The notes under the pieces: model-generated
What the model saw: the letters and a program-made list of their open reading frames with translations, nothing else
What the model was told of the DNA's origin: nothing
The model's database searches: none
From: Haliotis cracherodii
Lineage: Eukaryota
Assembly: GCF_022045235.1 (NCBI RefSeq)
Contig: NW_027266266.1
Location: forward strand, 37,014,001-37,078,000
Reading direction: 5' to 3'
DNA: 64,000 nucleotides
Made by a program: the position numbers and the translations under genes
Part shown: in pieces, positions 13,506 to 26,397 of the stretch
Layout of the letters: each line of letters starts with the position of its first letter
Position numbering within the stretch: position 1 is the first letter of the stretch

Positions 13506-14324
13506 GGGGTATTCTCAGGACGACGACCCCTCGAATTTTAGCATTGAGAGTAAATAAGTTTCTTAATGTTTCTTATGGCAATATATATTATTATTACAAT
13601 CCAATTATGATAATAATATATATCTACAATATTCTTTCTGTAATTACAGGTTGATGATGTATGGCTCCAGACAATTGCTGACATACCGAACGACCAACGC
13701 TGTGTCCAGCTCGGCGACTACGTCACCACAACCTGGGTTGAGACAGAGAAGGAGCCTTGGAACCATTTCAACAACGACGGCCATCGCATCAATAACCACC
13801 TGGAGGGATGGCATCGACGCTTAAAGAAAGTCATCGGCAAAGCCCATCCCAACATCTTTGAGCTAATAAGATTTCTAGGAGCTGAACAGCAGAAGACAGA
13901 GTGTAATCTGCTACAGTACCTGGCCGGCCAGCGTCTCCCACCAAAAAAGAAGAAGTTCTGTGATATACAACGCAGAATCGATCAACTGAAGACCAGACTG
14001 ATCCAGAATGAAGCCAGCGTAATTTTCTTTGCTGACTTAGTGTCTCATCTTCTCAAACTGTCTTAATTGCCCATGACTTTTACGTCATCTTGTACATATA
14101 CATTCTAATTATTTGTAAATATATCAATATTCCACCCTTATTGTCTTTCTTTCGTTCGTTTCAAATCCATTTCCACTTTTTTACTTGCTCCCAGTTGTTA
14201 AAATAACACTCGATACCCATTGTTTAACTAGATTGGCGGAATAAAATATTCGCAGGACGACGACCTCACTTTTTGCTAGTTTGTTTTCATACGACACAGG
14301 GGGCCGTCGTCCTGAGAATGAACC
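13506..14324 (+). mobile_element. Non-autonomous MULE (Mutator-like) element retaining the transposase C-terminal exon
   Basis: TIRs ..attctcaggacgacg / cgtcgtcctgagaat..; 9-bp TSD gtctcgcac / gtctcacac; after acceptor at 13649 an open frame DYVTTTWV..WNHF..HRINNHLEGWHRRLKK..HPNIFELI to stop ~14067. Confidence 0.88.
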
Positions 14325-14339
14325 GTCTCACACCACGAC

Positions 14340-14626
14340 ACTGTCACGCATGACGAAACATGACGTCAAGGTTCGGGCAAGGGCACTCCACGTGCACAAC
14401 ATTTCCTCTAAATTTACACCCGTCTCAACTGATAAAACACTGGACGCTGATTGGTTAACTCCCGAGCGTGTCAGGTTTTGATTGGTCCGCATTTGGTTGT
14501 CATAACTATATACAGTTTTTGAAACGCTTGATTAAGACCAAAGTTCAATCATAAAGTTGGCTGGTTGTTTGTCAGAAAAGTTGAAGTCCATCGTCACGTC
14601 AGATTAACTGCACCACAGCTATTAAG
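14340..14626 (+). promoter_or_regulatory. Candidate promoter and non-coding first exon of the plus-strand secreted-protein gene
   Basis: TGACGTCA (14361-14368), CACGTG, two ATTGG boxes (~14450, ~14483), TATA-like ctatatac (~14507), strong donor AAG|gtaagc after 14626; the next coding exon starts cag|ATG, which implies an upstream UTR exon. Confidence 0.5.
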
Positions 14627-14709
14627 GTAAGCGTTATAACCTGTGTTAATCTCAACAGGGATTGCCTGAAAGTCCTGGTGGGCAGGGTTGGGCTACCGGG
14701 TTGAAGAAT

Positions 14710-16105
14710 AATAAACGAAATGCGTGTATCTAACAATTTAATAAAGTGATAACTATTGACACAAACCGAGATTTAACGAGCGCTTTTGGATACCTAGAAA
14801 CATATTTAATTTGCCAAAACTTTCCACGAAGGGGCTGAAGGGTGAATAAGAGAAGTAAAGAAATTTGACAAGAGTAATGTGGATGTTTTCCAATGGGAAT
14901 TGATGTGACGGCCATTGGGAAGTCTGTAGACGTTGTGTTTTAGGGTTCAGGGAGTGGGATTCCAAAGCCTATTGACCACTAGAGTATTTTAGGGAACCAT
15001 CCGTGTAGGTTGGGTGCCATAAGCGCCTCCCCCCATGTTTGGTTTATGTATTTAGAGGTGGAAGCCCATCTTTGCTGGTGTTGTAGTTTACCTTTGTATT
15101 TATGATTGGAAATGGTAGTTGAGGTATAAAGAGCTGTGAGTGGGGATTACCACTTTGATGTGTCTAAGCCTCAGTTTTTCTTGTAGTGTAGCTAATACTT
15201 GGTTTATGGCATTTGCGTACTTGGATGTCTATATGCGGTTTTAGTTTTTTTAACATTATTGAGTAGTTTTTGCAATAGTTTATTTAGAACGGCGCCGGAC
15301 GAGTAATTAGAGAGAGTTGGTCCCTTCGGAGATCGAGGGGAGCTCTGCCGTTAGTGTCAGCAGGGCCCCCAGGGAGTGCCCGTGATTTAGTGTGTAGTTT
15401 AGTGTTTGGCTTAGCTTGTTTTGAAAGATTGTGGAAGACCTGTGATCCATACTGGAGTTTTGACTGATAAGTGTTTGGTAGATACTTAAGAGTTTTTATA
15501 TTTTGTTTTCAAGTTGAGCCACTTATTACTATCATTTGCTTTAATTGCCTTCAACATGAACTTTCCAGATGAGATACAGGTTGAAGATTAGCCCAAGGAA
15601 TCTGGCTTCTGATTATAATTGTATATTTTGACCATTTCGAGTTATGATTGGGCTTCTTGCTGTATTTTAGATATTTAGATAGAAGCCCCATTTGGCTGAC
15701 CAATTAACAACAGTATGTATAACAATTTGGAGTAGTTTAGTTGCTACTGAGCCCCGTCGTCTGTTTATGCCCTGAAGAGATAGATCAACCATCATTATAT
15801 TGAATAGAGTCGGGCTATGTGTGCTACCTTGAGGTGTATCGTTTTCGAGTTTGTAGGGATCGGATGCGGCGCCATGTTATGTCTGTCTTTTAGAAAGCTG
15901 TGGATTATGTTTGCTATCATATCAAGTTTTTGAATTATACCATAGTGCCAGACCATGTCAAATGCGTTAGAGAACCCAAGGAAGATTGCTATTGTATATT
16001 GATGTTTGGCAATGCCCGTAGCGGCATTCTGTTGGAGCCTGGAGAGGTAGTCTATGGACGAACGGCCTCCTCGGAAGCCCATTTGGTCCTGTGAGAAACT
16101 ATCGT
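14710..16105 (-). mobile_element. Decayed I-clade LINE fragment (RT, start of RNase H)
   Basis: GFRGGRSSIDYL...IFLGFSNAFDMVWHYGIIQKL (RT); YTDGS-like motif near 15000; many stops. Confidence 0.75.
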
Positions 16106-16112
16106 TTTGATT

Positions 16113-19100
16113 TAGTGAGTGAGTGAGTTAAAGTTTTACGTCCCATCGGCAATATTTCAGCCATATCGCGACGAGACAAAAGTATACATTAATCAGAAAT
16201 ATATTTAGAGTGTATAAAAAACTGTCATCGAAGGACCGCACAATAACCAGATTGTCACAAATCGCTCTTAAAACTTGTTTGAGTGAATGTAAAAGAATAA
16301 ACTATCAATTAACAGCACAATATGAAAAAGAATCTAGATCGCCAGCAACCAATGTTAGGCCACCTTACTAGGGACAGTGGGAACTTACAATACTTCTGCT
16401 TCATGCACGGTTCCCCACCAGCATAAATACCATTCTGGCGATTGTATGCAACTTTAGCCATCAAAGTGACAAGTATACTACTTTTGAAATTATGGCATGC
16501 ATAAAAATATTTTGAATGACACGGAACTTACATACCTTCTGAGGGGCAATACTTCAACACCAACTAAACCCCTCGTGTGTAGCACTACCAATGTGTTAAA
16601 TAACAGTATGAACATCAAAACTTATCAATTGATCAATTTCTTTTAAACACCCAAGAATTAAGCAAGAGTTGATATTGTCAAAAAGATCTTTCACGGTTGA
16701 AATTTTGATATAGTTATCCCTTGTGATGGAAAAATGTCCACAGTCAAGCAGGACATGCTTGACCTTGGTTCTTACATTATAAGGGATACAGAACAGTGAA
16801 TCATCTTTCAATAAATATTCATGTGTATATCTGCTGTGGCCAATGCGTCGTATAATGAACTCTTCAAATCTGGACTGACAACCCAAGGAGGTGTCACCAA
16901 CAGTTGGTTTTATTGAATGCAGTTTGCTTATATCTTCACTTCTGTTGCATCATATCTTTAATGTGACATCTAATTACAGGTATAATCACTGGATGGGATA
17001 AGAAGGGGTGTCACAGATTTGTTGGGCGCTGCCTTTACAGCAGCAACGGCTATTGTGTTAACAATGATTCCGACATGGCTTGGTAACCAACTAAAGACGA
17101 TGTCATATTGGCCAGTGGCAGAATCATTAAATAATTCAACAATTTCAAGTAAAAGAGGATGTTTACATGGCATATTGTTAATAGCCTGCAGGCACGAAAG
17201 AGAAAATATGATGAACTGTTTATGTTTCGATTGGTTCTTGATATATTCTAGAGCTGTTAAAATGACATTTACTTCTGCTGTGAATATGAAGCTAGTATCT
17301 GGTAATCGTGAAGATATTGTTCTGGATCCGATGACAGTGGCACAAGCAACCGTGCCACCATCCTCGCATCCATCGGTAGATAAAGATTTTTAAGTGTCAC
17401 ATGTGTTTCTTAATTGATTGTATTCTTGTGTTGGAAAATTAGTTGGGTTGTTTCTGATTTCTTAAGTTTCGTTAGTGTTAGGTCTACCCCTGACTTAACC
17501 ATTTGAGAAGGAGGCGATGACAAAAGATCGGTAGAATCTATATCTTGAAGTTTAATATTAGCAGTAGAAATGACAGATTTGATTCTTATTCCCAGTGGTG
17601 AAATAAGAGATGATTTTTGAGTGTAAATATATTCGTAGAAAGGATGAAATAGGCAATGAAAAGCTGGATTAGTCTGTTTAGAATATAATTTATTGATGTA
17701 CATGTATTGTAAGGATAATTTTACACGGCGTTGCCCAAGGGAAGGCTCATCCGCCTCCTAGTACAGACTATGTATAGGAGAAATTCGAAAGGCTCCAAGG
17801 CAAAACCCCAGGCTTGATGAAGGATAGTAGATAATGTTTAAAAATAATTTTACATGCTCTACCATAGATGATGGAACCGTAATCAAGTTTTGAACGGATC
17901 AGGGACCTGTACAAGTGCAAGAGGGCTGTCTGATCCCCTCCAATATTAGAATTAGAAACGACTTTCAACACATCGAGTGCCTTCAGTTATATGGTTGGTT
18001 GGTTGGTTGTTTTACGCCGCACTCAGCAATATTCCAGCCATATGACGGCGGTCTGTAAATAATCGAATCTGGACCAGACAATCCAGTGCTTAATATCATG
18101 AGCGTCGATCCGCGCAATTGGGATCGATGACATGCATCAACCAAGTCAGCAAGCCTGACCCCCCGATCCCGTTAGTCGCCTTTTACGACAAGCATAGTCA
18201 CCTTTTACAGCAAGCATGGGTTGCTGAAGACCTATTCTACCCCGGAATCTTCACGGGTCTTCAGTCATATGGCTTAAAGTTAAATGGCTATCAAAAATAA
18301 GTCCCAAGAACTTGAACTCCTTTACGACTTCGATATGGGTGCCATTCAAAAACAATAGTTCAGGGTCCTTATGTGGCTTATATGTAAACAGTTGGTTATT
18401 TATTTAGAAAATTTAAACCTGTCTTCAAGGGGCCACTTCTGACTTTTATTGAGACAGATTTGTCACAGCCATTTGTATGTATATTTATTATCACAACAAG
18501 AAACAAGAAAGGTGATCCATCAAGTGAATCACTTAAAACCTATTTATTTTAATTCTAAATAATGTGACAGACAAACTACTGGCCTGAGGGATACCCTGAC
18601 CCTGATTATAATGACGAGACAAAGTTGAATCCACTTGGACTTGAAATTGCTTGTCTGTTAAAAACTGTCATATAGAATGAGGTATACGACCACTCAAGCC
18701 TCAAACATGTAAATCCTTTTGAATGCCATGCTTCCAGGTGGTATTGTATGCTTTCTCAAGATCACACAAATTGATGCCATGTGTTGTTTATTTTCTGTAA
18801 CATTTTAAAGACAGATTTTCTTCGTACTAAATGATGAAAAGTACTAATATGTTTCAGGAAACCACATTGAATATCTGTAATAAGATTATTGGTTTCCAAA
18901 TACCAAACTAATGTCTTATTTACCATTCATTCCATGGTTTTGTAAACACAACTGGTTAAAGATACAGGGCGGATTCTTTAGAGAATGTACGATCCCGGAC
19001 AGGCTATGGTTTGGGGACTACAATGGCATTATGCCACGAAGGAAGACAATGTCCTGAAGTCCATATTTGGTCAAATATATCTAAAAGTGTCTCAAGACAT

Positions 19101-19970
19101 GATTCAGACAAATACTTCCGTATAAGTTTTGGTTAGAGTTGTGCCAAGTTTATTTGCGCTCTAAGATTTATCAGTTATTAATTTGTCACCGTCTTTAAGA
19201 TGGTGTACAGACGATTTTGAACTTTTGACTTTTATTTTTTAACCACGTTCCTCATCTTTGACATAGGTGTGCGTGAATTAGTTTTGGAGACATAGTTCCT
19301 CCAAGATTGCCTCATATTTTGTTTATAAGCACGCCGTGCCTTGGCACAAGTAATTTTATTCAAAATTATTCACGTTATGAAATGTAGGATGTTGGCGGTA
19401 ATATTTTCCCGCTTTCTTCCTTCACTTTCTTGCTTGTTTGCAGTCGTTATCAAACAATGGTTTAATATGAGGATTTGTAGAGTACTTGTTTGGTCAGTAA
19501 TTTCTTTTATTTGAGTTGAAAACAACTGGATGGGATCTGGTACATTAAAGAAATTGTCAACTTTAAAGTTTTCAGCACGTAACATTTCATACAGGGACCA
19601 TTTGGCCTTCGTAAAATGTCACCGTGATGAAGGGGGGCATCATTCAGTTTTACAGCTTTTAGGATAGTTTGGAACTAAGGGAAGTGATGTCATGTACTGA
19701 CCATTCAAATTCATTGTAAACACCTGAATCTGTGAGGGACAGATCAAGGGCAGAATATGTTCTAATGGCAGGATGTAAATAAGTACTTGAATCGTCATTG
19801 AAAACACATAAATTATTATCAGAAATGAAATCTTCAAAAGCGTTCCCCTTATTGTTTGTATTCGCACTTCCCCATAGAGGGTTACGCAAATTTAAAGTAC
19901 TGTGGTGTGCGAAGTCGATGAATATATATTTTAGTTCAAGGTTTTGGTGTGCAAATTCGACAAAAAACAT
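16113..19970 (-). mobile_element. Decayed I/Nimb-clade LINE (APE endonuclease, RT, RNase H, CCHC, 3' tail)
   Basis: NPLWGS..TNNKGN..EDFI...TYLHP...YSALDLSL (EN); LLHLYRSLIRSKLDYGSIIYG; WLPSHVGI (RNase H); RRIGHSRYTHEYLL..C..VKHVLLDC; tail ..gatatggctgaaatattgccgatgggacgtaaaac..(ctca)n. Confidence 0.9.
17996..18259 (-). mobile_element. Full-length family B SINE inserted in the LINE
   Basis: Starts GACCCGTGAAG; TSD cttcagt(t/c)atatgg on both sides. Confidence 0.9.
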
Positions 19971-20084
19971 ACGTATCTTTACACATCTTAGATTTGGTCA
20001 TTTGATAAGCATTGCTTCATATTTAGGTATTTGAACTGAACAACATATCGTTTTACATGTGTTTGTATGTATGTTTTATCCCAG

Positions 20085-23000
20085 ATGGAGAGAGGTCTCG
20101 TGTTTGGTCTGATCGTCATGGTGGGTGTCCTCTCTGTCGAGGGTGAGTAAGTCCATCTTACAGTGGAACCCTGTTATTCCGGTTCTCATTCTTCTGGACA
20201 CCATCATCGTCAAAGATACAGTTATTACGTGTCTTGATGAGAAGTAACTTTTCTAAATGGTTCGAGATTTCAGTAAGTTGACTAAATATGGCAATTAGAA
20301 CTTGAAAAAGTATGTTTCCAATAAAAATTAACATTTTAATTGGTGTTTTTTGTCTTGTCTTTTTAGTGGGTTATGTTTGCGTGAAGAGTACAATATTTGC
20401 ATCTTTTACTTTTTATACTTTTGAGGTTCTGCCAGAAATTGTCCAGATTTCATTTTACTAACATCAAGTCAGTTTCTTTAATTTCATCACACATATGAAT
20501 ATCGAGGGGATATATCCCCTCGATATTCACACATGTGAATAAGTGTCTTGATGTTAGTAAAATGAAATCTGGAAAATTTCTGGCAGAACCTAAAAAGGAT
20601 AAAAAGTAAAAGATGCAAATATTGTACTCTTCACGCAAACATAAACCACTAAAAATATATAAAGTGGTTTATGTTTGCGTGAAGAGTACAATATTGGCAT
20701 CATGTCCACAACCACAACGCAGATTTTCGAACGCAGCTTTCCAAATCATGCATTGTTGAAAACGTGCAAAACGTGATTTTGAGACATTTGTCCAAATGCA
20801 CGTGCGTGATTGTGGCATAAATACCGACGTTGGACAGAGCAGGCAGTCAGTAAACAAAAAAACCACCAAGAATATGCCCAAACCTACACAGCGATCGGTA
20901 TGGCCAATATGTGGGCTACTCAACGTCAGATAGCCGGAACCTTCAACTGCTCCCAGACCACCATCAGCAAGTTGATAATCCGCTACCAGCAGACAGGACA
21001 GACAAGACTGGCCAAGATCGGGAAGACCGAGAGTGACAACACCGACCGAAGACCGCTACATCCGAAAGATTCACCTCCGAAACAGATGTGTGACGGCGAC
21101 GTCAACGGCGGCAACAGCACTAGGGAATGCCTTCAGCAGACGTACAGTCCTTCGGCGACTTCGGACGGCTGGTATACGAGCCTACCGATCTTTCCGTGGA
21201 ATGGCCTTGACCCGTCTACACACGTCAACGCAGACTGCAATGGGCACGAACTGTACGTCGGTGGCAGCGACGTGACTGGGCGAGAGTGCTCTTTACAGAT
21301 GAATGTCGGTCCTGTCTGTTCAGGAACGATGGCAGAGTTCGAGTTTTTCGACGAAGGGGAGAGCGACTGCGCCAAACTGCATCAGAGAAGTTCTCCTGTT
21401 TGGAGGTGGGGGCGTCATGGTATGGGGTGGCATTTGTGGCCAGATTACAACACGACTGGTTATCATCCGAAGAAACCTGAATGCTCAGCGATACAGGGAT
21501 GAAGTGTTGAGACCTGTTGTGGTGCCCTTTATTCAACATCAGCCAAGAGGATTAATTTTGCAACAAGACAACGTAAGGCCTCATACCGCCCGAATTGTTC
21601 AAGGAGATTGGAATTGATATAGGAGAGCACTGACCCTAGCCTGCGGTGTTCTATTGTATGATAAACGGCAACCACTCGTCGTTTATTTCTTAGATAATGA
21701 ACTACAGTCATCATATCAAAAGGGCAAGGTCATTTGCACACGTCCCTCGGATCACGTGTACTATTTTTTGTCCGTTGCAGCTTTAAACTATTTTTGATAT
21801 TATAAATGCATTTTTGGTTCGAGAACATGCATATTCTGTATTGTGTAGACATTGTTTATTTGTTTTTCGAATATCTTTTTTCAAGGTGCAGTTTTCATAG
21901 ACCTGTGTAATTCGACTTCTGGCGAGTCTGATGGAAGTCACAGTAACACCCAGGAATCTACGACTGTTGTTGATTATACGTTTGGGCCGTTCAATGAAAA
22001 CTCGTATGAGCTTGACTACTTTGGGAACGATCCGTTTGTAGTCCGAAGTCGAATTGTTCCAGGTGGACCGGATGTGCGACTGGGTGGCGCCACTGGTAAG
22101 TTTAGAACTTCAAAATTGTGTGAGGTGTGTTGGGGTGTGTCAGGTGGAATTGGGTGGTGTTGCGTGTGTGGGTTGTGTGAGGTGGGTTGGGCACTGTCAG
22201 GTGGAATTGGGTGGTGTTGCGTGTGTAGGTTGTGTGAGGTGGGTTGGGCTGTGTCAGGTGGAGTTGGGTGGTGTTGCGTGTGTAGGTTGTGTGAGGTGGG
22301 GTGGGGTGCTGATGTTGCGTGTGTAGGTTGTGTGAGGTGGGTTGGGCTGTGTCAGGTGGAGTTGGGTGGTGTTGCGTGTGTAGGTTGTGTGAGGTGGGGT
22401 GGGGTGCTGATGTTGCGTGTGTAGGTTGTGTGAGGTGGGTTGGGGTGTGTCAGGTGGAATTGGGTGGTGTTGCGTGTGTAGGTTGTGTGAGGTTGGTTGG
22501 GGTGTTTCAGGTGGAGTTGGGTGGTGTTGCGTGTGTAGGTTGTGTGAGGTGGGGTGGGGTGCTGATGTTGCGTGTGTAGGTTGTGTGAGGTGGGTTGGGG
22601 TGTGTCAGGTGGAATTGGGTGGTGTTGCGTGTGTAGGTTGTGTGAGGTTGGTTGGGGTGTTTCAGGTGGAGTTGGGTGGTGTTGCGTGTGTAGGTTGTGT
22701 GAGGTGGGTTGGGGTGTTTCAGGTGGAATTGGGTGGTGTCGCGTGTGTAGGTTGTGTGAGGTGGGTTGGGCTGTGTCAGGTGGAATTTGGTGGTGTCGCG
22801 TGTGTAGGTTGTGTGAGGTGGGTTGGGCTGTGTCAGGTGGAATTTGGTGGTGTTGCGTGTGTAGGTTGTGTGAGGTGGGTTGGGCTGTGTCAGGTGGAAT
22901 TTGGTGGTGTTGCGTGTGTAGGTTGTGTGAGGTGGGTTAGGGTGTGTCAGGTGGAGTTTGGTGGTGTTGCGTGTGTAGGTTGTGTGAGGTGGGTTAGGGT

Positions 23001-24390
23001 GTGTCAGGTGGAATTTGGTGGTGTTGCGTGTGTAGGTTGTGTGAGGTGGGGTGGGGTGCTGATGTTGCGTGTGTAAGTTGTGTGAGGTGGGTTGGGTTGT
23101 ATCAGGTGGAATTTGGTGGTGTCGCGTGTGTAGGTTGTGTGAGGTGGGGTGGGGTGCTGATGTTGCGTGTGTAGGTTGTGTGAGGTGGGGTGGGGTGCTG
23201 ATGTTGCGTGTGTAGGTTGTGTGAGGTGGGTTGGGCTCTGTCAGGTGGAATTGGGTGGTGTTGCGTGTGTAGGTTGTGTGAGGTGGGTTGGGGTGTGTCA
23301 GGTGGAGTTGGGTGGTGTTGCGTGTGTAGGTTGTGTGAGGTTGGTTGGGGTGCTGATGTTGAGTTCGTTGCAATATATCATTGTCTCTTGGGTCTTACCT
23401 TCAATGATATTAAAAATTAATGAGTTAACTTTATACTGTAGCTTCCAACAACAATAATTTGTGACTTGTCGCCATCTTTATCAACAGTCCAGCAATATCA
23501 CGACGGGGGACACTAGAAACGACACATTGTATTCATATCGGCGCAACGAGCAAATAGTTTAACCACGAACCTACCTAACCGCACCGCACTGTTTTGAAAC
23601 CAAATAAATTTTGTCTCCTTTGTATATAGCGAGTGCATGACATGTAACAGGTCTGTACGTTTTTGTTGACAGATGCACCATTAACAGCGTCAGCTGTTGG
23701 AACTGGCATTGTTTACTTTGAGCCAACGAATGAAGTGTATGTCGCCATTACATTTGACGACGCCTCACTGAATGGGGTTTATGCCTTCAAAAGGACCGGC
23801 TTTCCGGATATCAGGCTGGTCTTCCCGTATGATGGCCCCACTGGACAGCTCTACCTATCTGGAGAGTATGTAGATAACGTACATTAGGAAATGATCCTTG
23901 ATTCCGAGAACTGATTCTCACAATCACTTTTATCTTTGAATGTATGTTGAGAAAGATGAGGTTTCCATGGCAACTAGTTTGACATGTGCTTTCTTATCGT
24001 TTCCGCATGATGTCAGCCTCACACAAGACCTCACATGGAGCCGTTGTGGGACATTTATATACTATTTACGACAGGCAGGAAGGCGCCTCAGATATTTGCT
24101 CTTGGTTCGACCTTCTACTGAAAATGTACAAATGAACGTTATAGAACATGGGTAGATATATATCTAGCGTCCTCATTTAAATAAGCATAACTGCCAATTT
24201 GTTTTTCTCAGGCCTCCGTCCTAAGCGTCTACAAACCCAATTCAAGTACTCTTTTCTTCTTGCAGTTTCCTGTATATGGTTGATGGTCAGAAAATTCTCA
24301 GGATCGCTGATGGCGACAGTTCATGGACTCTAGTAACTGCATGGCCTTTAGTTCCCATTGGGTTTGCAGTTCAAGATGATGGTTAGTATG

Positions 24391-24427
<37 letters not shown>

Positions 24428-26397
24428 AAACAAACTGCACTACCAAGGTGTATAAGTATATTCAGCTCTGCAGCCGAATGACAGTCCCATCTGATTGGAG
24501 ATTATTATACCACCTCACATTTTCCAATATTACATTGGTCGGACAATACGCAGCTGAGTCTGAACCTGAGGAAAGCTACAACCAGAACTAACATCCCCAC
24601 AACCAGAACATTGTGACCACTTATTTCTAGTTGTATTTCTTGAGTAAATCACCGAGTTCATTCAATAATGGCTGCCCTATGTGTCCATGCTACAGGTACA
24701 ATGGCGTTTTGCGAGTCATCGGGTGCCCTGTGGCTGTTCAATCCAGGAACATTTTTCTTCAGACAGTTGAAACAGCCAAATCCTGTGTCCTGTGCATCCC
24801 TCGAACTGCACAACGGCCTTATCTACGTCGCAAACGAGGGCTCGTCGTAAGTTTGTTTTTTGTTTAACGCCGCAATATTCCAGACGGCGGTCTGTTAATA
24901 AACGAGTCTGGACCAGACATTCCAGTGATTGACATCATGAGCATCGATCCACGTCATTGGGATACGATGACATGCATCAACCAAGTCAGCGAGCCTTACC
25001 ACCCATGCCCGAATTGATTCAATTTGTATTTCTTATTGGCAAGTTAGGGGGCACGGGTGGCCCAGTCGTCTAAGGCGCCGCGATTTGCAGTGCAGAGTTG
25101 CGTCCCTTGGGCACGCCAGAAACCTATGATTGTGGGTTGGAATCCCGGTTCGCCCCGATTATGTTTCTAGGTTTGTCAGCACCATACCCGTGCTCGTGGG
25201 TTTCACCGAAGTGGTAAACGTCTAAGACCTGCATCACTTCGGACTTTCCTCCCACATTAAGCTGACACGCCGTGATATGACTGGAATAATGTCAAAAGCG
25301 GCGTTAAACCCAACTCACTCACTATTGGCAAGTTAAACATTTGAAACGGAAGCGACTTTCCATGGCCGGTCTACTTGTTTTGGCCGGTCAAAGTTCTCGA
25401 AAGATTGTCCTGACGTGACTTGGAATGGGATGTTCTTTGTTTCGCGAGAACTAAAATGTGATTTTAATGAGATTGAAATATTACCTTGCCTCAATCATTT
25501 GTTTTTCAAAACCTGGACTATGTAGCTGTATTAACTTTTTTTTGTTTCAGAGTGATTGAGGCTTTCAACTCTTCTGCTCTTGGAACTGATGGCGCCATGC
25601 CAGTAACTTTCAACTCGTCAACAACATGTCCATTACTTGTGATAGACCCTCGGTTCTGGTATGAAGTGTTTTAATATGGGTAGTAAAAAGTTTGGCTTAT
25701 AATTATAATGAACCCATTACTAATCTTTCGACAATTTGATTTATATTTAATCAAGAATAGGTTTGGTTTTGCAATTACAATCAATATCTCCCAAATCATA
25801 ATTTATTGTTTCTGCTGTGACGTTCAATTACACATCAAAACAGCTCACATGGTGTACAATTGATACCAATATCGTATATTGTCAATACTTCACCGTTAGT
25901 ATACACCATGTGCCTCTATCATCGGTGAATACGTTCGGCCGCCATGCGATCTAATAGTCGCGCGTCAGATAATCAAATGTCCCCTTTGTCAAACAATGGA
26001 GTATAGTAGGGATTAAAAAGGTCAACGCCCATATCCAAATGGGACTGTCCCAAACTGGATATATTAATTTGAATAAATTTGGTATCGGCGGGAAGTTTTT
26101 GATTATTAATAGATCTATGTATGGCAACATCAATGTTTGAGTAAAATATTTTCATACCAACAGCGATATTTTTAGTTAATACTGGATTAATGCAAGGGGT
26201 CTTTTTATCGCATCTGTTATTTCGTTTTTATTGAGGTAATACCGTCAGTATGACAACCATACGCTAATCTATAGATATACAGATACTGCTGTTGGTTAGC
26301 AAACAATTTCAAATAGTAATAGATTAAGATTGTGCGTGTGTGCCTGCGTGCGTGCTTGTGCGTTTTTAACTTCAAATCTGCATTCGTTTTTTTCAGA
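20085..26397 (+). CDS. Secreted beta-propeller-like protein, copy 1 (~278 aa, short N-terminus)
   Basis: Phase-compatible GT-AG exons 20085-20142 (signal MERGLVFGLIVMVGVLSVEG), 21886-22095, 23673-23865, 24266-24381, 24696-24846, 25551-25658; stop probably split TG|A into exon starting 26397; AATAAA 26459-26464. Blade-like strands VYFEPTNEVYVA, LYLSGDFLYMVD, PIGFAVQDDGTMAF, LELHNGLIYVANEGSSVIEAFN. Fold is inferred. Confidence 0.75.
20362..20690. repeat. Inverted repeat with perfect 32-bp palindromic centre and Tc1-like termini
   Basis: Arms ~20362-20468 and ~20546-20652; centre gaatatcgaggggatatatcccctcgatattc (20497-20528); third copy of the end motif at 20663-20690. Confidence 0.9.
20700..21616 (+). 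mobile_element. Decayed, 3'-truncated Tc1 transposon
   Basis: GRPRVTTPTEDRYI, LFTDECR, GGGGVMVWGGI, LNAQRYRDEVL, QQDNVRPHTA; sequence stops before the third catalytic residue, at the duplication breakpoint. Confidence 0.9.
22117..23362. repeat. Intronic GT-rich minisatellite (57-bp unit with 41-bp variant)
   Basis: caggtggaat at 22141, 22198...; shorter counterpart at ~40250-40560. Confidence 0.95.
24852..25323. mobile_element. Family B fragment (minus) followed by full-length family A SINE (plus, 25046-25323)
   Basis: Family A copy flanked by TSD tattggcaagtta. Confidence 0.9.

Noticed and set aside
22054-23457. Cys/Gly/Val-rich ORFs on both strands
   Set aside because: Translations of the intronic 57-bp minisatellite; the real exon ends at the 22095 donor
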